Assembly: GCA_964646755.1 (NCBI GenBank)
Contig: CAZYIE010000006.1
Location: forward strand, 2,266-66,265
Direction of reading: 5' to 3'
Length of the DNA stretch: 64,000 nucleotides
DNA from: an uncultured Smithella sp.
GTDB lineage: Bacteria > Desulfobacterota > Syntrophia > Syntrophales > Smithellaceae
Shown piece by piece: positions 49,175 to 58,309 of this stretch. The notes beneath the pieces are model-generated. The model did no database searches. It had not been told where the DNA came from and saw only the letters and a program-made list of their open reading frames with translations. The translations under genes were made by a program, and so were the position numbers. Every line of letters begins with the position of its first letter. The stretch's first letter is position 1.

Positions 49175-51139
49175 CTATGGTGTTACGATAGCGAACGTAG
49201 CCGGCGGTTTTTCGAGCAGAGAGAAAAAGCGTATTAGATCGATCCTGCTGCCGCTTATTTTAAAGTCATCGTTCATCAGCGTGTTTTTGACACCGGCGTT
49301 GCCGGTCATCAGCGCGATGAAGATGTCTTTGGGCATGGTCAGAGTTGCATTGGCATTGTCCTCCGGCTTTGTCTTCTTGTGATGCAACACGGCATTTTCT
49401 ATCCAAAGAACAAAAGATTCACGAGTATCGGAAATTATCAGGTTGATTTTTATATTCTTGTCCTCCGCGTCCGGGCCTTTAAGGCTTGCGGCCATAGCAT
49501 TTAGGAAAGATTCAACCGGCGTTTGCCTGAAAATGTCGGCAGCATAGCTGCTATCCATGCCTTTCTTCGGCGGACCATTGCGTAATTCAGCGGCCGCTGT
49601 AAGATAGCTGTTGCGCCAGGTGGCAGCTTCGGCCATGTAACCCATCTGGTCGTAGGTGCTTGCCAGCAAATCAACCGCCCTCTTATTGCTGGGCTGGGCA
49701 AACACAACTTGGTTCAGCAACTCAGCCGTCCAGCGGTATTCTCCCTTGTCGAAGGCAACCTGAGCCGCCGTTATGGCCTTGTCGGCGCCGATCAGCTCAA
49801 TATAGCGCCTGGCTGACTCCTCGGGCGGCAACGGATTGAGGTTAGCCGGATTGCCATCATAGAAGCCCATATAGAATTGATAGACAGCTTTGACATTGTG
49901 GCGCAGATCACCATAGTAGCCGCGGCTGGCCAGATAGTTCGAAAGCGATTGGGGGAATTTTATCATATCGGCAATTTCACGCGGTGTGTAGCCGGCGTTG
50001 ATCAGACGCAATGTCTGGTCATGGGTGTATTTATAGACATCGCGATGCTTGGTGATGAATTCGGCAATGCGTTCCCGGCCCCAGACCGGCCAGTTGTGCT
50101 GGGTGAAAACCACATTAACTTCCGCGGTTTGCTCCAGTGCCTGGTCCAGATAATTTGACCAGGCCAGGGAATTGCGCGCCTTGGCGCCGCGCACCGGAAG
50201 AAGATTGTGCATGGTCTGCTGGATAATTTCCGCACCGCAATAAGCCTTCTTATCGGGAAGCAGAAAGGTCAACTCAGCGGGAGCTTCTGACCCCGGTACG
50301 TTATAGAAGGTAAAACGAACACCGTCAACAATCAGATCTTCCTTTGGTTGTTTGATAATCCGATTCGGCGGAAGAATACCCATGCTGCCCCACGCCATTG
50401 CCTTGCCCAAACCAGTATCAACAAGGCCACTGACGGAGCGTTCAAGATTACTACCAAACTGATAGGCTGACCGGCGTCCAATTGCATTACCGACAAAGAC
50501 ATTTTCACTGATGGCTTCCTCGAGGAATCCATCCGGGGCAATTACGGGAATCTTGCGTTTTGCCACATCCTCAGGTAAAATCACGCCCAGAACACCGCCG
50601 AAGTGGTCTAGATGGCTGTGAGTGAAAATAATTGCCGAGACCGGTTTATCGCCCAGGTGCTTGCGGGCAAAGGCGATTGCAGCTGCCGCAGTTTCGCGAC
50701 AGCTCAACGGATCGACCACGATCCACCCGGCATTCCCCTCAATCAGGTTCATATTAGCGATATCAAAGCCCCGCAACTGGTAGATACCTTCCGTAACTTT
50801 GAACAGCCCGATATTAGCGTTGATAATGGAGTGTCGCCAGAGGCTGGGATTGACCGTTGCCGGGACTTTGCCTTGAACAAAATTGAATTCATCAAAATCG
50901 ATCAGCACATCGCCCTTTGCGCTGATAATTTTCCCGGTCGGTCGGGCAATAAAACCGCGGCGGGCGTCCTCAAAGTCCCGGGGATCATCGAGTTTCAGCG
51001 ACTGCGCGAACTGTTCATTGGCCTTCACAGTAACAGCCGTCGCGTCACCAGGCCTGCTATCGCCGGCGGAAGCATTGCCGTAGCCGGCAATAATTGCCGT
51101 AAATGCCAGAAAAATAGCCATTTTGATTAAATTTTTCAT
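49175..51139 (-). CDS. MBL-fold alkyl/aryl sulfatase (SdsA1/BDS1 type), secreted
   Basis: 654 aa with a signal peptide, the motif THSHLDHFGG, a dimerisation region and an SCP2-like C-terminus. Confidence 0.85.
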   Translation of the reverse strand: MKNLIKMAIFLAFTAIIAGYGNASAGDSRPGDATAVTVKANEQFAQSLKLDDPRDFEDARRGFIARPTGKIISAKGDVLIDFDEFNFVQGKVPATVNPSLWRHSIINANIGLFKVTEGIYQLRGFDIANMNLIEGNAGWIVVDPLSCRETAAAAIAFARKHLGDKPVSAIIFTHSHLDHFGGVLGVILPEDVAKRKIPVIAPDGFLEEAISENVFVGNAIGRRSAYQFGSNLERSVSGLVDTGLGKAMAWGSMGILPPNRIIKQPKEDLIVDGVRFTFYNVPGSEAPAELTFLLPDKKAYCGAEIIQQTMHNLLPVRGAKARNSLAWSNYLDQALEQTAEVNVVFTQHNWPVWGRERIAEFITKHRDVYKYTHDQTLRLINAGYTPREIADMIKFPQSLSNYLASRGYYGDLRHNVKAVYQFYMGFYDGNPANLNPLPPEESARRYIELIGADKAITAAQVAFDKGEYRWTAELLNQVVFAQPSNKRAVDLLASTYDQMGYMAEAATWRNSYLTAAAELRNGPPKKGMDSSYAADIFRQTPVESFLNAMAASLKGPDAEDKNIKINLIISDTRESFVLWIENAVLHHKKTKPEDNANATLTMPKDIFIALMTGNAGVKNTLMNDDFKISGSRIDLIRFFSLLEKPPATFAIVTP

Positions 51140-51211
51140 TAAAAAATTCTCCTTTTTGCAAAAGTCATGTCTTTACCATCGACCGTCTATTTTTTGGCAA
51201 ACTACTGCTGC

Positions 51212-51565
51212 TCAGCACTTGGAAGGCGACAAAACGGGGTCCGCATCAGGATCATAAACTACATCACCATTTTTCAGCACGGGATTGATTTTTTCAAACC
51301 ACGCATTGGTCATGCCCGGCACATTCCTTAGCTGAAGAGGATCTTTGAACGGCCCTTTCTTCGTCCGATATTCTACTATCGCTTTGGCCAAGGATTCGGG
51401 CATCTTAAATTCCTCAATACTCGTCAATTGTTTTACCGTGGCCTTATTCAAACTGAGAACCTTCTGCTGCGCCTGGGCAACCACTATCGTCCCCCCCAAA
51501 AAGGCCAATGTAAAAATGAAAATTAATGTAAAATACGCACCCGAGACTTTTTTTCTTGTTTCCAT
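51212..51565 (-). CDS. ComEA-like helix-hairpin-helix protein, exported (copy 2)
   Basis: METRKK..., a hydrophobic N-terminus, then LNKATVKQLTSI...LAKAIVEYRTKKGPFKDPLQLRNVPGM. A GGGAGG SD lies before ATG 51565. Confidence 0.7.
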   Translation of the reverse strand: METRKKVSGAYFTLIFIFTLAFLGGTIVVAQAQQKVLSLNKATVKQLTSIEEFKMPESLAKAIVEYRTKKGPFKDPLQLRNVPGMTNAWFEKINPVLKNGDVVYDPDADPVLSPSKC

Positions 51566-51675
51566 ATTTCCTCCCAATAAATATTTGATTCTGGTTTTCC
51601 CCATTTTTAAAAGCAAAGGAATAAACGGTCTTCCTTCACCCAGATTGAAATTTACTTAACTCTACATTCCTCCGG

Positions 51676-53118
51676 TTATTTTTTCGCGGAGACATCTTTG
51701 ATCCGGAACTTATTGTTATCCAGAGGAATCACCGCCTTCTCAATGGGCTTCTTCAACTGCGGGATATAATCATAGGGCACCCTGTATGCGCGATATACCA
51801 GGTTGAACTTCCCCGTATCGACAAAATAGGGGCTGATGTATTCCCAGACGATTTCCCCTTCCGCAGTCACTTCCTGAAGCTGCCCCACTGCGCCGTTGGT
51901 AATAAGCGTGTTGCCGTTGGGCAGTCGCTGTGCGGAACTGACGTAGTGACTGTAAAACTTGGATTCTTCCCTGTAACCCTGGGTCTTCCCAGAAAATTCC
52001 CAGGCGATTCTGAGCGTGGTGGGATCTATCTCGATCACCCGCGAATAATCGCGACTTGCATTATTCAAGCCGGTTGTACTGACGGGGTTCGGAGAACCGT
52101 AACCGGCGCGACCGCCGTTGTCGTAGATTAAAATATTTCCCTCGCCCGGCAGACCCTTGGGAATCATGTGGGCGTGATGTTGCCCGATAATCCATCCCAG
52201 ATTTTTATAGGCATTTCTATACTGCTTGCCGCCAAAGAACCAGATGCTGTCGGACGCGTAGTAGGGGCCTACCTGCCAAACGCGCTTCTTAGTCTTTTTG
52301 TCGATTATTTCAATGGTGTTGGTCTGACGGCCGTCTGTTATGATGTTTTCCGGATGAAACATGGAATACTTGACCGGGTCCTGATCATACCATTTATTGG
52401 GGCCAACATAAGAAGCGCTGTTGATATGGATCCAGTCCCCCCCTGCGACTCCCTTAACTCTCGTTGCTGCAAAATTCGGATGTTTGTAAATAGTGTTTTT
52501 ATCTTCTTCCTTCCAGCCCATCTCCGAGAAACCGTCGCTGAAGAGGTATTCCCATAAGATATTACCCTTGCTGTCGACTTCGACGAGATAATCGTCCTCA
52601 AGGAGCTTGTCGCTTATTTTCTTATTAGTAACCATCTTATGGCCAAGGATCAACACCTTGTCTGTCTTGAATTCCTGCGGCATGCCCGGCACCCAATAGC
52701 CGACCGGATTGCCCGGAAGCTGGAAGTCGTGATGCATCCCTGCCTTAGGCAGGCTCCAGACTATCTTGCCGTTCCAATCCATAATCGACAAATCCGTCGA
52801 TTCGGGATGCTTCCACAGCCGGCCGATATGGTCCGGTTTTCCCCGGGTGGCACCCATAATATAACCACCTTTGAGAATTTTAACCGGATGATCCAGATTG
52901 CTCATTTCTTTCCACTGTTTTACAACGTTCCCGTTCATATCGACCAAAACGGTACCTTCCCCTTCCGTCTCCGTAGCATAAACGGTATAGCCGTTCTGGC
53001 ATTTTTCAGGCTTATAGATGGTCGTCCCCGTCGGATACACGGTTGGAAAGCCAAAGACAGCTGATGGCAACATCAGCAATACGGACATCCCCCATAAGAT
53101 CAATCTAGATTTTTTCAT
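51676..53118 (-). CDS. arylsulfotransferase (ASST) family beta-propeller protein, secreted
   Basis: The signal peptide is MKKSRLILWGMSVLLMLPSAVFG. The motifs GMHHDFQ, GDWIHINS and GQHHAHMI...ILIYDNG resemble the ASST/Arylsulfotran_2 families. A GGAGG lies before ATG 53118. Confidence 0.7.
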   Translation of the reverse strand: MKKSRLILWGMSVLLMLPSAVFGFPTVYPTGTTIYKPEKCQNGYTVYATETEGEGTVLVDMNGNVVKQWKEMSNLDHPVKILKGGYIMGATRGKPDHIGRLWKHPESTDLSIMDWNGKIVWSLPKAGMHHDFQLPGNPVGYWVPGMPQEFKTDKVLILGHKMVTNKKISDKLLEDDYLVEVDSKGNILWEYLFSDGFSEMGWKEEDKNTIYKHPNFAATRVKGVAGGDWIHINSASYVGPNKWYDQDPVKYSMFHPENIITDGRQTNTIEIIDKKTKKRVWQVGPYYASDSIWFFGGKQYRNAYKNLGWIIGQHHAHMIPKGLPGEGNILIYDNGGRAGYGSPNPVSTTGLNNASRDYSRVIEIDPTTLRIAWEFSGKTQGYREESKFYSHYVSSAQRLPNGNTLITNGAVGQLQEVTAEGEIVWEYISPYFVDTGKFNLVYRAYRVPYDYIPQLKKPIEKAVIPLDNNKFRIKDVSAKK

Positions 53119-53172
53119 CAGAAACCTCCACATTTCCTCTCCATCATCACTTGTTAAAACCATCCTTCGTTG

Positions 53173-53616
53173 TCAGCACTCGATAACCCGTGCACCCGGT
53201 ATTTTACGGACTTCTGCAGCCAAGTTCTTCTTCAGTAACGGGAATATTTTCTTCTTTACTTTCTCCAGATAGATCGCCTTGTAGCCCTTTTGGGCTTCAG
53301 TAACGACAGCCAATACCAGATCATCCGTCTCTACGAAATCAATTTCAATCGGCACGCACATTCTCTGCGCCATTCCGCGGATCTCTTCTGCTACTTGGCG
53401 ACCTTTTTCCAAAACCTGCTCGCGTATGTAAAGAAGAAATCTTTGCTTATTGAGACGTGGTGCAACCAGGTCAACATGGGCATAGTGGTACAGTTCCGAA
53501 TCGAGAACCAGAAGAACCCTGATTTTTTTTGCTTCGGATTGTGCTGAACGCAATGCCTTTTCGACGGCTTTCATGCTGCCATCACTTTGATAAACTACCA
53601 GAATACTGTCTTTCAC
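53173..53616 (-). CDS. hypothetical protein, possibly USP-like alpha/beta fold
   Basis: The GTG start at 53616 has GAGGA 7 nt upstream. The pattern ILVVYQSDGS...RVLLVLD...LAVVTEA suggests a USP/ETFP-type fold; this is weak. Confidence 0.4.
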   Translation of the reverse strand: MKDSILVVYQSDGSMKAVEKALRSAQSEAKKIRVLLVLDSELYHYAHVDLVAPRLNKQRFLLYIREQVLEKGRQVAEEIRGMAQRMCVPIEIDFVETDDLVLAVVTEAQKGYKAIYLEKVKKKIFPLLKKNLAAEVRKIPGARVIEC

Positions 53617-53665
53617 AATCCCATCCTCAGATAACACAATTGGTAATATCGAACATAAACGGACC

Positions 53666-53836
53666 TCAATAGAGACCCACAAACTGCAAAAACCAGAGGA
53701 TAAATACGGCGCCGATCGCGATTACCATCGCGATGTATTCATCGACGCGATGGCGCCGCTGTTTGGCTTCAGCCGCTGCCACTACCTTCTGGAGATCATC
53801 ATCTATTGTATTCTTCTTGTCCAAATCATCAGCCAT
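53666..53836 (-). CDS. small single-TM protein
   Basis: MADDLDKK...YIAMVIAIGAVFILWFLQFVGLY, 56 aa. A GGAGGAG lies before the ATG. Confidence 0.5.
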   Translation of the reverse strand: MADDLDKKNTIDDDLQKVVAAAEAKQRRHRVDEYIAMVIAIGAVFILWFLQFVGLY

Positions 53837-53900
53837 AACAGCTCCTCCCCTTATTATCACCAGACCACGCTTCAGGCGTTTACCTCACTACAAAATCATA

Positions 53901-55067
53901 CTACTTAAAAAATCCCATCTTTATGAATATAAACAACAGCAACAGACAAAGGCCTATTCTCAGCGACCCCGCCACATACCCGATTACAATACCCTTGGTC
54001 CCTGCTTTTCGCAAATCCGACAGCTTGGTTGACATTCCCAGTCCGACAAAGCAGATGGCAAAGAACCACTCCATAACATTACCCATCGCTTCACTGGCAG
54101 GTACAGGCCAAACCTGCAGGCAGTTCAGTGTCCAGACGAAGGCAAACCCAAAAACGAAAAGGGGAAACTTTTCCTTGAGTACTTCCCAGAAGCTGATCTC
54201 TGTTGACCTTAACTCCTTGCCCAATGTCATGAAATAAATGAACAAGACACCAGCGGGAATCAACACCAATCGCCCGATGTTCGTAAATCCAGAAACCTTT
54301 CCCGCCTCGAAACTGAAATTAAAGCCGGTGGCGATCACCTGATTAGAATTGGGAACCCCGGCCGCAGCGAGCAGGCCGAATGCATCATTTGACATACCCA
54401 GAAGCTTCCCCACAAATGGAAGTGCAAACAGGCAAAAAAGGCCGAACGTGACCGAAACCGCTATCGCATAGGCCACCTCTTCGCTTTTGGCCTTCACCAT
54501 CGGGGCAATGGCGATGCATGCCGACACGCCGCACATCGAAAAGGCCGCAGCGAGGAGACCCGTCATGGCGTCACCCATCTTGAAATAACGCCCCATAAAT
54601 GTAAAAATCAGCGCTCCCCCGAAGACCATAAACGCCATGACCACGATGCTGATGGGACCAAGCTTTATAAGGTCTCGCAGCATGTATTGGGAACCGAGCA
54701 TAATGATTCCCACATTCATAAAAACTGCGCTGTAGGTTAATCCTGGTTCCCATGAATTCGGAACACCGATAACGTTGCGGATAAGGATACCCACAATGAG
54801 ACAGGTCACCACGTAATTGAAGTGCAGGAGGTCAACAAAAAAACCCTTGCCGTAGACCGGCGGCAGTACCGCATCTATGTAGCGCAATAGACTGTCCAGT
54901 GTGAATGGAAAGTCTATACCCGGAAGACCGCAGAGCACGGCCAGAACCGTCATGGCCAGAAGTCCGGGCCAACTCTTCTGAAAGCTGGGTAGTGCACTCC
55001 AGACGGAGGGCTTCCTTATCTCCGGCTGTCCACCAGCCGCCTGATCATAAGTTATATCTTGTGCCAT
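53901..55067 (-). CDS. YeiH/UPF0324 (putative sulfate exporter, PSE) family transporter
   Basis: 388-aa polytopic membrane protein. Its overall pattern is typical of the Cons_hypoth698 family (from memory). Confidence 0.65.
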   Translation of the reverse strand: MAQDITYDQAAGGQPEIRKPSVWSALPSFQKSWPGLLAMTVLAVLCGLPGIDFPFTLDSLLRYIDAVLPPVYGKGFFVDLLHFNYVVTCLIVGILIRNVIGVPNSWEPGLTYSAVFMNVGIIMLGSQYMLRDLIKLGPISIVVMAFMVFGGALIFTFMGRYFKMGDAMTGLLAAAFSMCGVSACIAIAPMVKAKSEEVAYAIAVSVTFGLFCLFALPFVGKLLGMSNDAFGLLAAAGVPNSNQVIATGFNFSFEAGKVSGFTNIGRLVLIPAGVLFIYFMTLGKELRSTEISFWEVLKEKFPLFVFGFAFVWTLNCLQVWPVPASEAMGNVMEWFFAICFVGLGMSTKLSDLRKAGTKGIVIGYVAGSLRIGLCLLLLFIFIKMGFFK

Positions 55068-55097
55068 TTTTTATATCTCCATTTCGCTTTGGTGCTG

Positions 55098-57974
55098 TTA
55101 CTTCAGTCGCCATACTTCGCGGTAGGCCAATCTTTCCAGCAGTGTCTTCCGCAGAAAATGTTCCGTTGTCCCATTTACCCCGACCATAACGTCCACGTTG
55201 TTTCTGGGCAGTTCCGCCAGGTTCGGACTCTTGCGACCATCTTTATCCTCAATGTGCCAGGCCTGTATCTTCTCACCATCGAAATCATCGATGACGATCT
55301 TGAAATATCCCTCCGGCCCAGTATAAGTCGGATGCTTGGCATCAAGAATAATAGGTTCCGGATTGTCGATAATGAACTCATTGAGCATATAGCAGTGGCC
55401 GCATACGTCAGGACGCATGGTATAACGGTGGTCCTTCGCCCATGGCTTGTCGCGCTCCAGCTTATGCGCGCCCGTCCAGGCATAAAGCGTGACATTGCCT
55501 CCCTTGAAATCGGCGGGCAAATCTAGTTCTACGTGAATATCCTTGTACTGCATCATCACCTTTTGCTGGGAGGGACTGTACTGCGGAAGCGTGTCATAAA
55601 CCGCCTGATTGACAGGTCCCAATGTTTTCTCCATGACAACCTTGCCCTTTGCGTTAAGGAGAACAAGTTTCACCACTTTACTCGCCTGATCGACGCTGAC
55701 AATCCTCAGTTTGTGCTGACCGATAGCAGCTTCTCCTCCGGCCTTCAGAACAAGCTTTTGTGGCTCCTCATAGGAAATAGTAAAAGAATCCATACCGGGA
55801 GTACCCATCTCCGCAATCTCCACAACATCGGGGCTTACCCAGTTGGGAATGGCGTAAGTCGCCCCCTCGGCATATATATCAGGCAGGCTATAGGTCTGAT
55901 TCGCAAAGGAGGATTGGGCATCCCCGTAAATCGGGTTGTAATTGCTGAGTCCGGGGCCCAGAAGCATATCCGCTCCAAAGGCGTTGCCGGAATACTTGAC
56001 AATCCGCGCTTGGGCCACGGGCCGTCCCCAGAGCATGCGCGTTCCCAGGAAGCGAATAGTCTTGGTTCCGTCCCCGAGAGGCACATCCTGCCAGAAAAGC
56101 GGGTTTCCATCACCCATCGGCAGAAGTTTCCAATAATCGATGGCCGTGTTTTTCTTGACGACAAGATAGCTTTCCGTGCTCAGGACATAGGCCTTTTTAC
56201 CGAGAATGTAAATTGATTCACCCACGAGAGGGCGTACATTTCTGCCCAGGCGGGTGGAATAATACAGGCCTGCTGGCGGAATGACGATTTTCCCGTTTCG
56301 GTAGTCCACATAACTGCCGCGGATGACGATGGCATCAGCGCTCGTGAGCTTTTCGCCTTTGCGCGATGTCACGTTTTTGCGTGTAAGCCCCTTGAGCTTG
56401 GGAACAAAAGCGCACGTCGGATCGGGGGCAAACCCCTTGGCGGACTTGATCACGCGCGGATACGACGAAAATGTGGACTTGACCACCGGCACACCGTATG
56501 TGGGATCGGCCAGCCGGGTTAAAAAAGTATCCTCCATCACCGAGACGACAAGTTCACTCATCCCGATAAAAAAATCGATGTTTTCTCTTCCCTCTTTCCA
56601 CAGAATCAGGTTATCCGTCCGACGAAACCAGGAATCTCTGGCATAGCATGTTTTGACAACATCACCTGCAATATCGTCCACAACAACTTTGAAATACCTT
56701 CTGTCCCAGAAATCGGATATACTGATCGGACCATCGTAGGAATTGTTTTCTTTGGTCAGCACAAAGGGACTATTGTTTTCGAGCACGACGCGCTTGAGCA
56801 TGCCGGTCATCTGCTCCGCCTCCAGTCCGACAGTGTAACGGTTGTCCCTCGGCCACGGGTCGCCGTTTTTGAGTTTGACCAAGTCATGATAGATCATCAG
56901 GGAAACCGTGCCGTTTTCCCAGCCAAACGGAGCATCATTGGACCAGGGGACCCAGTCCGATCCCTTAAACATACTTGGATTCACAACCAGTTCGATGTGC
57001 ATGTCCAGGTTGAAATCGGTGAGGGTCATTTTGTCGATATCCGTGACCTTGTATTCCTGCTGAGTCACCGGAAGAAGTAGCTTGGACGCCAGGATTTTTC
57101 TGCCGGTCCAGTTGCGCACCTCAACCAGAATACCGTTCTCCTTCCTGTAAGTATATATCCTCTTGTTCCTCCACCACCGGAAGCTCTCCTGCTGCACGCC
57201 GATTACGTAGGGCCGATCCAGTGAAAAAACGGCCTCCGAAATCACGGGATATGTCACCTCTGAAAAGACCGCATCTTCATGGGTCAACTTCTTGGTTTTC
57301 AGCCTGGTCGCGCCGAAGGTGTAGTTACTGGTGAGGAAGAAGGGCAACTGCTGGGGGTTAACCCCCGCTTTCAGCTTTAAAGCCCTTGCCTTCTCCGGCT
57401 CGGGGAAAGATGATGAAACGGGCATCTCCAACTGCCAACCTCCGGAGGGCGCCATAACGGCAAACTCGCCATAAGGCTTGCCATAGTGGTCAGTCGCGTA
57501 ATCGAACCAGAGACGATAACCCTTCTCATCCAAAAGTGCTTTGTCCCTCTTGTTCAAAGCCACATTTTTTTTCGTCACCTGGGCCGTTTTCAGAGAGAGA
57601 AGGTAAGAGGTCTCACCGAGAATCAGAAAAGGATCGCTTCTTAGCGGCTTGGCATCCATAGATGTGGAGGAAGCATAGAAAAAGCCGCCAGCCGGTACCG
57701 AAACCTTTCCTTCCTGAACGCGGCTACCCCGCAGAACGATACACTCGGCCAGTTCTTTCTCCTGCCCGTAATGGTTCGTCAATTTCTTATTTAAGAGCCC
57801 CGACAGCTGAGGAATGTAGGTAGCGTCGTCGGCCGGAGGAAGACCATGGGGCCTCTCCACCCCAACCGAGTAACCGGGCAACAACAGAACCATATAAAGC
57901 GCGAAGAGGCAAACGAAAAGAGATCCTCTGCGAAGCGGAAACGGTCTTATTCTGCGCAAGAGCGAATTCAGCAT
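55098..57974 (-). CDS. large exported orphan protein with a tandem ~435-aa internal duplication
   Basis: The start is taken at ATG 57974 (MLNSLLRRIRPF...hydrophobic). The halves at aa ~66-505 and ~536-966 (974-aa numbering) align by eye. Examples are YIPQLSGLLNKKLT/FVPKLKGLTRKNVT, PAGGFFYASS/PAGLYYSTR, GDPWPRDNRYT/DKPWAKDHRYT and RYFKVVVDDIAGD/GYFKIVIDDFDGE. I recognise no enzymatic motif. Confidence 0.8.
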   Translation of the reverse strand: MLNSLLRRIRPFPLRRGSLFVCLFALYMVLLLPGYSVGVERPHGLPPADDATYIPQLSGLLNKKLTNHYGQEKELAECIVLRGSRVQEGKVSVPAGGFFYASSTSMDAKPLRSDPFLILGETSYLLSLKTAQVTKKNVALNKRDKALLDEKGYRLWFDYATDHYGKPYGEFAVMAPSGGWQLEMPVSSSFPEPEKARALKLKAGVNPQQLPFFLTSNYTFGATRLKTKKLTHEDAVFSEVTYPVISEAVFSLDRPYVIGVQQESFRWWRNKRIYTYRKENGILVEVRNWTGRKILASKLLLPVTQQEYKVTDIDKMTLTDFNLDMHIELVVNPSMFKGSDWVPWSNDAPFGWENGTVSLMIYHDLVKLKNGDPWPRDNRYTVGLEAEQMTGMLKRVVLENNSPFVLTKENNSYDGPISISDFWDRRYFKVVVDDIAGDVVKTCYARDSWFRRTDNLILWKEGRENIDFFIGMSELVVSVMEDTFLTRLADPTYGVPVVKSTFSSYPRVIKSAKGFAPDPTCAFVPKLKGLTRKNVTSRKGEKLTSADAIVIRGSYVDYRNGKIVIPPAGLYYSTRLGRNVRPLVGESIYILGKKAYVLSTESYLVVKKNTAIDYWKLLPMGDGNPLFWQDVPLGDGTKTIRFLGTRMLWGRPVAQARIVKYSGNAFGADMLLGPGLSNYNPIYGDAQSSFANQTYSLPDIYAEGATYAIPNWVSPDVVEIAEMGTPGMDSFTISYEEPQKLVLKAGGEAAIGQHKLRIVSVDQASKVVKLVLLNAKGKVVMEKTLGPVNQAVYDTLPQYSPSQQKVMMQYKDIHVELDLPADFKGGNVTLYAWTGAHKLERDKPWAKDHRYTMRPDVCGHCYMLNEFIIDNPEPIILDAKHPTYTGPEGYFKIVIDDFDGEKIQAWHIEDKDGRKSPNLAELPRNNVDVMVGVNGTTEHFLRKTLLERLAYREVWRLK

Positions 57975-58291
57975 GTGCAGTCCTTGCCTCCTATTCCTTC
58001 CAGAATAAAGAATTTGTCCCATTTCTTAAGGAGTGTCCGGTTCATGCCGGGAACCTGGAGAAGCTCTTCCTTCTGCTGAAAATCTCCATTGTCCTTGCGA
58101 TATTTTACAATGTTTTTCGCCAGTTCAGGGGTCATCGCCGGAACATTCTTCACCAGTTCCTCGACTGTTGCCTTGTTGATATTGACCGATTTTCCCTTGA
58201 GCAATTCAGCAGCCGACGCCGTTCCGACCAGCAAACTGACAAAGAGCAAGGCGACCAACAAACACATACGTACAACACATTTTCTTTTCAT
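57968..58291 (-). CDS. ComEA-like helix-hairpin-helix protein, exported (copy 1)
   Basis: 107 aa with a signal peptide, then INKATVEELVKNVPAMTPELAKNIVKYRKDNGDFQQKEELLQVPGM. An AAGGAG SD precedes the start. Confidence 0.7.
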   Translation of the reverse strand: MKRKCVVRMCLLVALLFVSLLVGTASAAELLKGKSVNINKATVEELVKNVPAMTPELAKNIVKYRKDNGDFQQKEELLQVPGMNRTLLKKWDKFFILEGIGGKDCTC

Positions 58292-58309
58292 ATGATTATT
58301 TCTCCTTAT

